In this document: piece by piece, positions 36,388-45,997 of the stretch
Layout of the letters: every line of letters begins with the position of its first letter
How positions within the stretch are numbered: position 1 is the first letter of the stretch
From: a virus
Length of the DNA: 64,000 nucleotides
IMG/VR virus record: IMGVR_UViG_3300026097_001200
Location: 32,001-96,000 of that record
Strand: one strand, 5' to 3'
Translations under genes and position numbers: made by a program
The notes under the pieces: model-generated
What the model saw: the letters and a program-made list of their open reading frames with translations, nothing else
Told to the model about the DNA's origin: nothing
Databases searched by the model: none

Positions 36388-39346
36388 ATGAATCTTGTAG
36401 TTTATTTGAGTCGCCGTTGACACTAGAAAAATAATCAAGTGCAGACTCAACTGCATGCTGTGTTACTTTACTTTCACAGGCTTTCCACTGTGATAGTCTA
36501 TACTCGTTTTCTATATCAGGCAAGCTAGCTTGTAGTTTGATCGTTTCACGGAATGCAGTGCGCCATTCTGTAATCTCATCACCATACACCGCAGTGCCAC
36601 TTACAACAGGTACCACTTCGTGCGCTTTTTCCATTGTAAGGTCTAACTCTGTGCCAGTACTACTGAGTAAAAGATCTTTGTTATAAGCAACAGCGGCCAT
36701 GTGCCCATAGGTCAATCCTGTTGTAGGATTGTGCGCATGGAAAATATAGTGCTTGGGCTGTTGCATTCTGTCAGGTTGCCAGTTCCAGTCAAAGTCTTCG
36801 GCTACATTTAGCTTTGCAGGCACTAGAATAAACCAATCAGTGCTTGCTAGCTCTGCGGCTTTTTTAAATGCTTCTAGTCGTCCGTTGATGCCTTCTACTA
36901 CATGCAACTGTTGATTGTTTGGTAACACCGCACGTAGACGCTGTAAATGCGTCTGTGACACCGTTTCACCGTTGCTTACAAACACTACATCCAGTGCCGA
37001 TACTGGGTTATTAGCTTGTGTTTTATCTATATAAGCATAGTCATACAACTGTGTTTTCACAACTCCGTGTGCTTCTTTTGGCACAATCACAGTGGTGGCA
37101 CCACTGTCCAACGGCATAACGGTTTTAGTTTTATCTCTCCACAAGCTAACAGTAGGTATCTTGGTCGGCACAGTACCTACTGTAAACACGGTCAGCGGAG
37201 CAGCGGCAGTGTGAGTCTTTACACGATCTACATGACTGTTATCAGAATGCTCCACAACTGGCATTGGCCAGCGAGGCACAGATTGATCTGTTGCGTAGTT
37301 TACTGTTTCAAACCAATCCAATATCTCAATGTTTTCTATTCCATGTTTAAAGCTAGGCACATGCAGGAAGAACGTATCACCGAATTTTTGCTCGTTGCTA
37401 GGAAACACATGTAGCATGTGCTTTTGCCATGCTTCTGGCTGCCAAGAAAAATCAAAAGACTGATAATCACACACTGTGCTTGTTACCCAGATATACTCAT
37501 CTGCCGCACTGTCTACTAGACGTTTAAGTGTGTCAAGATAATTGTCAAAGTACCGAGCTTGCTTAACCACGCGATAATTGTTTTGTAAATGATCAAACAC
37601 TTGATCTCTTTCTGGATTGCCGTGGTCAATCACATAAATGCTATATGCATCAGCAGGTGCATGCACTGTTTGATTTTCAACAAAATTCAAATTAGGAAAC
37701 TGTTCGATACTGTCAGCCCAGCGGCAGTGCCTATCAAACTCCCAGCGGTTGATCAAAAACGTATCACTCCACTTGTTCCACTGACTGCCAAACACATGTG
37801 TCATTGATCTCTGCCAAGGCTCTGGATGCCAGTCAAAGTCAAATTCACTGTAGTCATTTTCACTGCCGATTACCCAAAAACGCTGTGTTGTGCTTTTCTT
37901 GGCACAGCGTTTCACAGTGTCTAGCACAGAGTTAAAATAGCGCACACGTTGTATACCTGGATACCTTTCTGCTAGTGCATCAAATCTGGCACCAGAACTG
38001 GCATTACTGCGATCCATGTAAAAAATATCCAGTGTTTTTATTGTTTTACTTTCTAGTGTACGCTGAGGAATATCACCTGCAAATTTGATCTCGGTGGCGC
38101 CAGGCACGGTGTAGGTTAAATTCACACTGCTTTGATAGTCTGTGCCAAAATGATATATGTATGGAGGATCGCCTGGATCAGGTATCCAGCTAAAGTCTAC
38201 TGCATCTGCATCTACTTCTTCGGGTACTGTCCAGCGCCGCTGATCGGGCTGTAGTGTTGCAACAGGATCCATTATGAATTTTCTTTCTGTTGCTCCTGGC
38301 ATATGATATTCAATGGTACTCATTATTTCTGCATTATGCCATTGATTACCAAACACGTAAATGTAAGGCGGATCACCAGGGTCCGGGCACCAACTACGGT
38401 CGAACTCAAACTCGAATCCGTGTTCTGGAACATGCCAATTTGTGTTTGTTTCTAGCAGTGTTGCACGAGGATAATCAACAAACTTGCGTTCACTGGCACC
38501 GGGCATGTGGTATTCCATGGTGGGCATAATTTCTGCATCGTGCCACTGATTGCCAAACACATAGATGTACGGTGGATCGTCAGGGTCGGGTTCCCAACTA
38601 AGGTCAAACCTGCACGGACTATACAGCCATTGCCATAATTCTCCGTTGCTTGCACAGCGAGTGGCCTTTACTTCGTTTACATATTTGCGTTCAACTGCGC
38701 CTGGCACAGTGTAGGTTGCACTTGTTCTTTTTTCAGCAGGCCACCACTGATTGCCAAACACATAGATATAAGGTGGATCTGTTGGGTTTGGTCTCCAACG
38801 GAACAGTGGATCTTCCAGCAATAAGTTGTCTTGTATTTCAAACAAAGAACTGTCGTGCTTGGTTGTAACAGTAAAATCGCTTACAAACTTTCTGCCGATT
38901 GCATCTGGCATTCTGTATTCTGCGCCGCCTATTCTATCCCAACCCCATTCAACTGGAAATTCATAGATATACGGCGGGTCCATTGGATCAGGACTCCACT
39001 GTGAATCAATGCTAGCAGGATCAATATAATCCGGAATATACCAAAAAGCTGGATCACTGTATCTATGAAGAACTGGCAATTCATGCCACGTGGTTTCGGT
39101 GTAACCTGCCTTGGGCACTAGATATGTGCCGCCATCCAGCTGATGTTGATTAGGCCAGGCATGTCGTTGATGTGACTGCCACGGCGCAGGTTCCCAAAGA
39201 AAATCCCAGTTACTGTAATCAGATAAGTAATCAACAATCCAACAATATCGAGTACGAGACATTTCACACGCATGATCTATATCTCTAGCACGAACAGCAT
39301 GTACACCCTCGGGTGCACGATTTCCTAGGTAAAATATATCAAACAT
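36338..39346 (-). CDS. 1002-aa multi-module protein: degenerate GT-A-like modules plus five ~68-aa DPPYIY repeats
   Basis: C-terminal module resembles 59238-60161 (GL.YG, WR..FRE..K); repeated FDF.W.P..WQ. Confidence 0.7.
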   Translation of the reverse strand: MFDIFYLGNRAPEGVHAVRARDIDHACEMSRTRYCWIVDYLSDYSNWDFLWEPAPWQSHQRHAWPNQHQLDGGTYLVPKAGYTETTWHELPVLHRYSDPAFWYIPDYIDPASIDSQWSPDPMDPPYIYEFPVEWGWDRIGGAEYRMPDAIGRKFVSDFTVTTKHDSSLFEIQDNLLLEDPLFRWRPNPTDPPYIYVFGNQWWPAEKRTSATYTVPGAVERKYVNEVKATRCASNGELWQWLYSPCRFDLSWEPDPDDPPYIYVFGNQWHDAEIMPTMEYHMPGASERKFVDYPRATLLETNTNWHVPEHGFEFEFDRSWCPDPGDPPYIYVFGNQWHNAEIMSTIEYHMPGATERKFIMDPVATLQPDQRRWTVPEEVDADAVDFSWIPDPGDPPYIYHFGTDYQSSVNLTYTVPGATEIKFAGDIPQRTLESKTIKTLDIFYMDRSNASSGARFDALAERYPGIQRVRYFNSVLDTVKRCAKKSTTQRFWVIGSENDYSEFDFDWHPEPWQRSMTHVFGSQWNKWSDTFLINRWEFDRHCRWADSIEQFPNLNFVENQTVHAPADAYSIYVIDHGNPERDQVFDHLQNNYRVVKQARYFDNYLDTLKRLVDSAADEYIWVTSTVCDYQSFDFSWQPEAWQKHMLHVFPSNEQKFGDTFFLHVPSFKHGIENIEILDWFETVNYATDQSVPRWPMPVVEHSDNSHVDRVKTHTAAAPLTVFTVGTVPTKIPTVSLWRDKTKTVMPLDSGATTVIVPKEAHGVVKTQLYDYAYIDKTQANNPVSALDVVFVSNGETVSQTHLQRLRAVLPNNQQLHVVEGINGRLEAFKKAAELASTDWFILVPAKLNVAEDFDWNWQPDRMQQPKHYIFHAHNPTTGLTYGHMAAVAYNKDLLLSSTGTELDLTMEKAHEVVPVVSGTAVYGDEITEWRTAFRETIKLQASLPDIENEYRLSQWKACESKVTQHAVESALDYFSSVNGDSNKLQDSFSWEWVSRRYEESYAN
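38065..39090 (-). repeat. five tandem ~201-204 bp coding repeats
   Basis: W.P(D/N)P.DPPYIY.F...Y..P.A...KF recurs near 38970, 38770, 38570, 38365 and 38160; boundaries approximate. Confidence 0.85.
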
Positions 39347-40472
39347 GATTAGAATTGACGAACTTTATAACAATGTGTTTTGGCCGTGGATAAGTCAAAA
39401 TATACCTTTGTGTAGAATGTATTTTTGTGATCCTCCCGGACAAAGTGATCCGGATAGTTTATATAATTATGGACATGATCTCCATGAACTACATTATATA
39501 TACTTTCACGACCAAGAGCCAATTCATTTGGACCTACACAGACCACTTTTTAACGAAGTAGCAGAACGCAGCAGAGATCTTGACTTTGACCGAGAAGCTT
39601 TTGGTAAAGCAGTTGTTACCAGTGAGCACAACAGCGAGTTTGTTGATCAAATCTGCGAAGACTACGGCTGGCGACAATACTATTACTTTTTCCATGGCTG
39701 GGCAGCAATGGATTGGTACCGAGGATACAATCGATCTTGGTTGATGCCCAAGCCAGAAGACAGGAAAATGAAACGCAGTTTTATTTGTCCAACTCGCATC
39801 GTAGGCGGTAAGCGTGATCATAGAGTATTGCTGGTATATCAGTTTATTAAACAGCAAATTGAAAATGCTTGGCTGAGCTGCCCAAGAACATGCCCGGTGG
39901 AAAACATTAACATAGAAGACATTGCTGCAAAGTTTAGCATGCACTATCCAGACATCGAGCAAACATTAAAAGATGCTGACTTGCCCTGGCAATTTCCTGG
40001 TGAAACAGATCACCCAATGCACAGTTGCTGGCTGAGCTTGTTTGATGAGTGTGCCGAAAGTTTAGCATATGTTGTTACTGAAACAGTGTTTTCAGGTCGT
40101 AGGCATCATTTAACTGAAAAAACATTTAAACCAATATGTTTACAAATGCCATTTATACTGGTTGCACCGCAAGGCAGCCTAGAATATCTTAAACTCTACG
40201 GCTTTAGAACCTTTGATGATTTTTGGGACGAAAGCTACGACCAAGAACCAGACGATTATCGCAGACTAGAAAAAGTAGCTGAGCTGTGTAAAAAGATAGA
40301 TAGTATGACATCTGCAGAAAGAACAGATATGTACAAGGCAATGATGCCAATCATTGAACACAATTACAATCATTTCTACCACGGAGGATTTGAAACTGTG
40401 CTTTGGACAGAACTGGAACAAATGCTAGAACAGATGCAGAAAGATTTTAAAATAAAGGGTATTGATAGATGA
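39345..40472 (+). CDS. glycosyltransferase-like protein (GT10/exostosin-like)
   Basis: VVTET...LTEKTFKPI...PFI...L..YGFRTF..FWDESYD. Confidence 0.55.
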   Translation: MIRIDELYNNVFWPWISQNIPLCRMYFCDPPGQSDPDSLYNYGHDLHELHYIYFHDQEPIHLDLHRPLFNEVAERSRDLDFDREAFGKAVVTSEHNSEFVDQICEDYGWRQYYYFFHGWAAMDWYRGYNRSWLMPKPEDRKMKRSFICPTRIVGGKRDHRVLLVYQFIKQQIENAWLSCPRTCPVENINIEDIAAKFSMHYPDIEQTLKDADLPWQFPGETDHPMHSCWLSLFDECAESLAYVVTETVFSGRRHHLTEKTFKPICLQMPFILVAPQGSLEYLKLYGFRTFDDFWDESYDQEPDDYRRLEKVAELCKKIDSMTSAERTDMYKAMMPIIEHNYNHFYHGGFETVLWTELEQMLEQMQKDFKIKGIDR

Positions 40473-41509
40473 CATCACAAATAAAAGCGTATACTAGTTG
40501 GCAACCACTGGAAGAAGTAATTGTAGGCAATGTGTTTACGCCAGAACACTTTGAATTTATCGAAGATCGGCAGGTATTCAATCAGCTTAGTCAGATACTT
40601 GAGGAAAGTGCCGAGGACCTGGATAATTTACAAAAAACCATCGAAGAATACGGTGCACGAGTACGACGCCCGGATCTACCTAATGTACATCGTTTTCATG
40701 AGCAACAGATTGCCGACCAAGGTGCTCCACTGCCTCCATTGACTCCAAGAGACTGGCAGATTACACTGGGCGATAAACTATTGCGTGTATTGCCTGTACA
40801 AGAACTGGATAATATCTGTGCAGACCTAGAAACCCATAACCCTGGACAGGTAATAAACCCGCATCAAGGAGAATGGGACGAAAATTGTGTACTCAACGGC
40901 GCAAGTGCAAGTTGCATTGTACGAGTAGGCAAAGACGTTTTCTTTGACAATTCAGACTATTTAAAACCAGAACAAACTCGCTGGATTGTCGACAATGTTC
41001 TAGGCTCAGAATATCGTATACACGAAGCTGTTACTGACGGGCACGGCGATGCTGTGTTTGCTATTCTCAAACCAGGTGTGCTATTGAGCAGCAAATGGGA
41101 TGATCAGCTGGATCTAGCAGGCGACTTTCCTGGATGGGATGTTTGTAAAATCTGGGATAGTTCAATATGGGCAGCAATGGAAGTTGGCAAATTTAAACAG
41201 GAAAACTTTAACGGTCGTTGGTATGTTACAGGACAAACGCCTACTCCAGAATTTTCAAACTTTGTAGACAGTTACCTGAGTCAATGGGTAGGATTTGTGG
41301 AAGATACAGTGTTCGATGTAAACTGTTTGGTGCTGGACGAAGAAAATGTTATTTTTAGTGCATACAACAAACAGGTATTTGACTACTGCGAAAAACACAA
41401 GATCAATCCTATTGTCAGTGAACTACGACACAGTTATTTCTGGGACGGAGGAATCAGTTGTTGTACGCAAGACCTACGTAGAAAAGGTGAGTTAGAGAGC
41501 TATCTCTAG
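40469..41509 (+). CDS. amidinotransferase (glycine/inosamine amidinotransferase-like, pentein fold)
   Basis: [31 protein letters not shown] (catalytic Cys). Confidence 0.85.
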   Translation: MTSQIKAYTSWQPLEEVIVGNVFTPEHFEFIEDRQVFNQLSQILEESAEDLDNLQKTIEEYGARVRRPDLPNVHRFHEQQIADQGAPLPPLTPRDWQITLGDKLLRVLPVQELDNICADLETHNPGQVINPHQGEWDENCVLNGASASCIVRVGKDVFFDNSDYLKPEQTRWIVDNVLGSEYRIHEAVTDGHGDAVFAILKPGVLLSSKWDDQLDLAGDFPGWDVCKIWDSSIWAAMEVGKFKQENFNGRWYVTGQTPTPEFSNFVDSYLSQWVGFVEDTVFDVNCLVLDEENVIFSAYNKQVFDYCEKHKINPIVSELRHSYFWDGGISCCTQDLRRKGELESYL

Positions 41510-41847
41510 CTCTCCATATAATGCTGTATATATTGTACCTTGCCGGGCACATCTGTCCATGATTTGTGATCTGACAACGGGTCTATTTTTTGAGTAATAT
41601 TGTTATCTGCCCATTTTGCTGATAGCTCTGCATTTATTTTAAACCAGTCAATTCCGTCATCGGGTACTTCGTCTTCTGCAACAATGGCATCCACAGGACA
41701 CTCTGGAATACAAACTGCACAGTCAATGCACTCATCAGGGTTGATTACAAGAAAGTCAGGACCTTCGTAAAAACAGTCCACTGGGCATACATCAACACAG
41801 TCTGTGTGTTTGCATTTAATACAATTGTCAGTTACTAAGTGTGTCAT
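41506..41847 (-). CDS. fdxA: 7Fe ferredoxin (FdxA family)
   Basis: [18 protein letters not shown]...[12 protein letters not shown]. Confidence 0.95.
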   Translation of the reverse strand: MTHLVTDNCIKCKHTDCVDVCPVDCFYEGPDFLVINPDECIDCAVCIPECPVDAIVAEDEVPDDGIDWFKINAELSAKWADNNITQKIDPLSDHKSWTDVPGKVQYIQHYMES

Positions 41848-41854
41848 AAGTCTC

Positions 41855-42562
41855 CTAGGTTACAAATGCACGTTCAAGTACAAACGTGCCTGGATTTTTC
41901 TTATTGCCTTCAGTGTATCCATTGGATACTAAAAGATTTTTCATGTCTTGGTTGAATGCCATACTGCCGCATAACATCACTCTATCTGTTTCTGGGTTAC
42001 TATTAGTCATTATAGCGCCAGATTCAATATGTTTTTGTATACGTCCTGTGTTAACAAATTCTTCCTGAGTTACTGTCGGGAAATAATCTATGTCAAGATC
42101 TTGCAAAAACTCGTGATAACTTAATAATTCAGCAGGTGTTCTCACAGTCCAGGTTACATGTACTCGTTTGTAAATATTGAAGATTTCTCCGTCTCGTAAC
42201 AAACTGATAAAAGGTGCAATGCCAGTTCCAGTTGCCATTAGCCAAAGATCGTGTCCTGGTTGCACAAATTGTGTTGTTAAACTTCCTGTTGGTCGATCGC
42301 CTACTTCTATAGTATCACCAGGTTGTACATGTTGTAGTCTACTTGTTAACGGACCATCGGGTACCTTAATACTGTAAAATTCCAGAAACGGATCTCCTGG
42401 TGCACTGGTAATACTGTAAGCTCTCATGAGATCATTATCTCCCATTCCTATCATTGTAAACTCACCAGCACGAAAAGTAAAGTCATTTGGCTTTTCTGTT
42501 CGGATCCTAAACAGTCGATCTGTGTAGTGTTCTACTTCTGTTATTTTTAATATTTCTGACAT
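41855..42562 (-). CDS. fpr: ferredoxin-NADP+ reductase
   Basis: [28 protein letters not shown]. Confidence 0.93.
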   Translation of the reverse strand: MSEILKITEVEHYTDRLFRIRTEKPNDFTFRAGEFTMIGMGDNDLMRAYSITSAPGDPFLEFYSIKVPDGPLTSRLQHVQPGDTIEVGDRPTGSLTTQFVQPGHDLWLMATGTGIAPFISLLRDGEIFNIYKRVHVTWTVRTPAELLSYHEFLQDLDIDYFPTVTQEEFVNTGRIQKHIESGAIMTNSNPETDRVMLCGSMAFNQDMKNLLVSNGYTEGNKKNPGTFVLERAFVT

Positions 42563-43272
42563 AACAACCTCTGTTTGACTTCCTCAGCATAATCCTGCTG
42601 ATATTGCCCGGGGCAGTGATACGTAGGAAGTTTTAATTGATCATGATTTTTAAAATTTTCTATCCAAATCTTTTGAAGATTTGTTTCTGTTTCTAATGAA
42701 TAATATTTTTCAAAAAACAGTTTATCAACATCATCGCCGTAGGTTTTAAAAAATTTTTTACTCTCGGTACGATAAAACATTCTATATACAGCATCGTTGG
42801 TCGGTATCTGCAATACAGTTCTACTCCATGCTATTGCTTTGGAATTTTCACATGCTATTTCTAATGCCTTTGCAGCTACTGACATAGCTGCAAAGTCTTG
42901 CGCAGGAGTATGTGCTAATTTGTTGTAATATTCTATGCAATCTTTATGTTCTTGAGTCTGATATTCTTTGTTACAGCTTGTAAACCATCTGTAGGTGAGT
43001 TTTTTATAAAACGGATCTTGTCCTGGTGCAAAACTAAAATCTGTTCTATAACAATCAGTAAACCCTAAAAAAATATAATCAGGATTAATTTTTAATCCTT
43101 CAAGCAGTTGACTGAGTATTCCAGTATTACTTGCGCCAGGTATTGCATAATTAGTTACTTCAAAATCACTGTTTAACAATTCACTCCAATGAGTGTTGCG
43201 ATATTTTGGTGTTTGATCTTCGGCATGAAAGCTGTCACCTACTACTAGCAGTCTAGGTTTCATGGTGTACAC
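42547..43272 (-). CDS. SGNH-like protein
   Basis: VVGDSF, PGASN, TYH near C-terminus. Confidence 0.65.
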   Translation of the reverse strand: MYTMKPRLLVVGDSFHAEDQTPKYRNTHWSELLNSDFEVTNYAIPGASNTGILSQLLEGLKINPDYIFLGFTDCYRTDFSFAPGQDPFYKKLTYRWFTSCNKEYQTQEHKDCIEYYNKLAHTPAQDFAAMSVAAKALEIACENSKAIAWSRTVLQIPTNDAVYRMFYRTESKKFFKTYGDDVDKLFFEKYYSLETETNLQKIWIENFKNHDQLKLPTYHCPGQYQQDYAEEVKQRLLCQKY

Positions 43273-44768
43273 ACTCGTGTGTTATATAATTTCTCGAATC
43301 TTTGTGCATCTTCAACCGTATCAACCATCGGTTCGCCACGGATATTCAAGCTGGTGTTAAGCAACATAGGACAGTCTGTTAACACGTACCATTTCTCTAA
43401 AAGCTTTCTTATACCACTGGCGCTGTCCTTGGGTACAGTTTGTACTCTGCTGGTGCCGTCTACATGCACAATAGCAGGATACAATTCAGGATGTTTACAA
43501 TAGGCAGTAACCTGCATGTAAGGACTGCTGGAAAATCCTTTGGGCATTGCAAAGTATTGATCTGCATATTCTTCCAAGATCACAGGTGCAAATGGACGAA
43601 ACTTTTGACGTTTCTTAATAGTGTTTACTAGATCTTTGATATCGTCGCCTCTAGGATCTGCTAGTAGACTTCTGTTGCCTAAAGCTCTAGGACCAAATTC
43701 AGCACCTCCGGCAGCTACACCTACAATGCGATTTGTTAGCAATTCGTCAAGTAGTTCGTTAACTGGGTATTCACCTTCGATGCATGTACCGATGTAAGGG
43801 TGTTGCCAATTCACACGCTTACCGTAGCGCAATGCTGCACAGCCAAGTCCGCTGCCGGCATCACCAGGATTGGGCATGATCCATACATTGTCAAAGTTGA
43901 ATCCAACATTGCGATTTGCAACACAATTAAGTGCTACGCCTCCCATGTACACTAGATTCTTGCTTTTTCCCAGTTCAGCAGCTATACACATAACATCTTG
44001 AATTAATTCTTCGGTAATGGTTTGAGCTGCAAATGCTATTTCTTCGTTGCTGTAGTCTTCCCAGTGACTGGCATCTATGCCTGTGTGAAAATTTTCTCGA
44101 AACTGTAGTTTGTTGTCTTCATAGAAATAACGCTGTTTCATCTGTGATTCAAGCATGTTGTTGCTCATAAGCGACTTGGCTTTTTCGTGTCCAAACGCTG
44201 CCATGCCCATGGTAATATATTCTTCGTCCATTGGACGTAGACCTACACGTTGCGTAATAGCACTGTAAAACAATCCAATACTGTGAGGATATCTTTGCCC
44301 CCAGAGTTTTTTATAACGTGCTCGTCCGTTGCGATCATAGTATGCATGATATATGCTGATGGTGTCAAGTTCGCCAATGGCATCAATAACAACCACTGTG
44401 GCATCGTCATAAGGAGAAGTTTGAAATCCTGCGGCTGCATGACTGAGGTGATGCGGATAACAGCTGGTGGTTAAATTGCTGTTCCAGTGATCTCCGAGCA
44501 TGAATTTTAATGTGCCGTTTAGGCTCCATTCAGACCGGGTTGGTTGTCCACTGATCCATTGTTGCATATTGTGCATCCATGGACGTTCGTAGTATGCAAC
44601 ATGTTCAATTGGATATTCAAAACAACGATCCATTATGGATTTACAGAGATGCCGGTCGTGTTTATTCTTGCTGAATCTTTCACTGTGTGTTGCAAATTGG
44701 ATATTGCCATCACGATCAAGCACACACACACCTGCATCATGGAATCCTGCACTAATTCCTAGTATCAT
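43260..44768 (-). CDS. O-carbamoyltransferase (NodU/CmcH/TobZ family)
   Basis: FHD, HHLSHA, GGVALN, GDAG, EFGPRALGNRS, RPFAP, HVDGTSRVQTV, LNTS. Confidence 0.95.
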   Translation of the reverse strand: MILGISAGFHDAGVCVLDRDGNIQFATHSERFSKNKHDRHLCKSIMDRCFEYPIEHVAYYERPWMHNMQQWISGQPTRSEWSLNGTLKFMLGDHWNSNLTTSCYPHHLSHAAAGFQTSPYDDATVVVIDAIGELDTISIYHAYYDRNGRARYKKLWGQRYPHSIGLFYSAITQRVGLRPMDEEYITMGMAAFGHEKAKSLMSNNMLESQMKQRYFYEDNKLQFRENFHTGIDASHWEDYSNEEIAFAAQTITEELIQDVMCIAAELGKSKNLVYMGGVALNCVANRNVGFNFDNVWIMPNPGDAGSGLGCAALRYGKRVNWQHPYIGTCIEGEYPVNELLDELLTNRIVGVAAGGAEFGPRALGNRSLLADPRGDDIKDLVNTIKKRQKFRPFAPVILEEYADQYFAMPKGFSSSPYMQVTAYCKHPELYPAIVHVDGTSRVQTVPKDSASGIRKLLEKWYVLTDCPMLLNTSLNIRGEPMVDTVEDAQRFEKLYNTRVCTP

Positions 44769-44776
44769 GTACGGCC

Positions 44777-44905
44777 TTACTTGTAGATGAAAGGATCTCT
44801 TTTACGAAGTTCCTTGAGTTTTCGCTTATATTGAATATGCAGTTTGATTCTGCGATATGTGTCAAGCACCCAGCGAAATGTAATAATATATTTTAACGTG
44901 TTCAT
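44777..44905 (-). CDS. 42-aa basic peptide ending RDPFIYK (absent from ORF track)
   Basis: AAGGGG RBS; MNTLKYIITFRWVLDTYRRIKLHIQYKRKLKELRKRDPFIYK. Confidence 0.75.
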   Translation of the reverse strand: MNTLKYIITFRWVLDTYRRIKLHIQYKRKLKELRKRDPFIYK

Positions 44906-44929
44906 GGTTTTCCCCTTGCACTGTAATTA

Positions 44930-45997
44930 TCAATGATCGGCCAGTGCCCGAATTTGTTGAGCCATGTAGTCTTGATCACTCCAGTGATACGAATACTCTG
45001 CATGTTGATCATTGGTACTAACACTGTGTACATCTAAATAATCGTTAAGCAGTGCCCAAATGGTTTCAAAATTATCTGTGCCAAAGCTAGCATGCAAGTC
45101 TACTTGCCCTATCTGCGGATGCCCAATTGTGAGACTTTTGTCCTCAGGATCAAATCCGTTTGCTATTAGCCAACTTCTAAAATCTGCCATTTCACGTTGA
45201 AAAAATTCATAGTTGCCAGGATTGTTTGCCCATTCGATATCAAAGTCTCCGGCAGCTTCGGTTTGACTGTTCAACGATGTAGTAACCAACTCGTCAATTC
45301 TGCTGTCTCGTCCTTCGTCGTGAAATACTTCCCAGTGATGTTTACCTACAGCTTTGTTAACTCCTACAAATACACCGCCCAATGGTCTGGCCAGTGTTTC
45401 TACTCCAAACAGTTCATAGTCACTTTCGTCTAATGTAAATCTCGGAGCATTGAGCCAGCACATCAATTGACTAGGTCTACGCCACTCAGGTGCATGTAGT
45501 TTTTTACGCATGCTTAGTACAAGACTTTCGTATTCATGGCACAGCAAATTCAGCTGACGTATGTGCCAGCGAGTCATGTCGTTTGCCTGTTTGTAATAAG
45601 GGCTGATATCTGCACTGGTTCCTTGTAGATCTTCAAAGTATCTATGCAACCAATTCATTTTTTCCTGAACCAGTTTGTGCCCGGGTAAATCCTCACCTAC
45701 TGGTCCAGTGGTTATTGTGTTTTCAACTGTGAAGTGGTCATGAATAGCATAGTCCAAGTTGCTAGCGTTGATTGCTGCAATGCTGCGATTGATTTGATCG
45801 CAGATGTATTCTGCACTGCGTTCACCGTCAGGAAAGCCAAAAAAGCAATAGTTCTTTTCTAGATGTAGATCTCTGCTTAGTATTGTGTTTAGTGCGTCAA
45901 GCCATTTTCTCGACAGGCCGTTGTCGTATACATCAATGTGCACCGGCAACAGTGATCCTGATGTACGATTCTTTAGCTCGATTGAAATTTTATCCAA
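44930..45997 (-). CDS. hypothetical protein
   Basis: Long ORF; TTG at 45997 overlapping the upstream stop favoured over 46075; N.LH..FE, LN..CH..E and GK motifs. Confidence 0.7.
   Translation of the reverse strand: MDKISIELKNRTSGSLLPVHIDVYDNGLSRKWLDALNTILSRDLHLEKNYCFFGFPDGERSAEYICDQINRSIAAINASNLDYAIHDHFTVENTITTGPVGEDLPGHKLVQEKMNWLHRYFEDLQGTSADISPYYKQANDMTRWHIRQLNLLCHEYESLVLSMRKKLHAPEWRRPSQLMCWLNAPRFTLDESDYELFGVETLARPLGGVFVGVNKAVGKHHWEVFHDEGRDSRIDELVTTSLNSQTEAAGDFDIEWANNPGNYEFFQREMADFRSWLIANGFDPEDKSLTIGHPQIGQVDLHASFGTDNFETIWALLNDYLDVHSVSTNDQHAEYSYHWSDQDYMAQQIRALADH

Noticed and set aside
38065-39090. CRISPR array or DGR template/variable repeats
   Set aside because: Repeats are in-frame, ~204 bp and diverge at synonymous sites; no cas or reverse transcriptase gene
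40469-44905. Saxitoxin- or streptomycin-like toxin cluster
   Set aside because: Shares families (amidinotransferase, carbamoyltransferase, GDSL, ferredoxin) but no SxtA-type PKS, aminotransferase or cyclitol synthase is in the window; GT-like genes dominate
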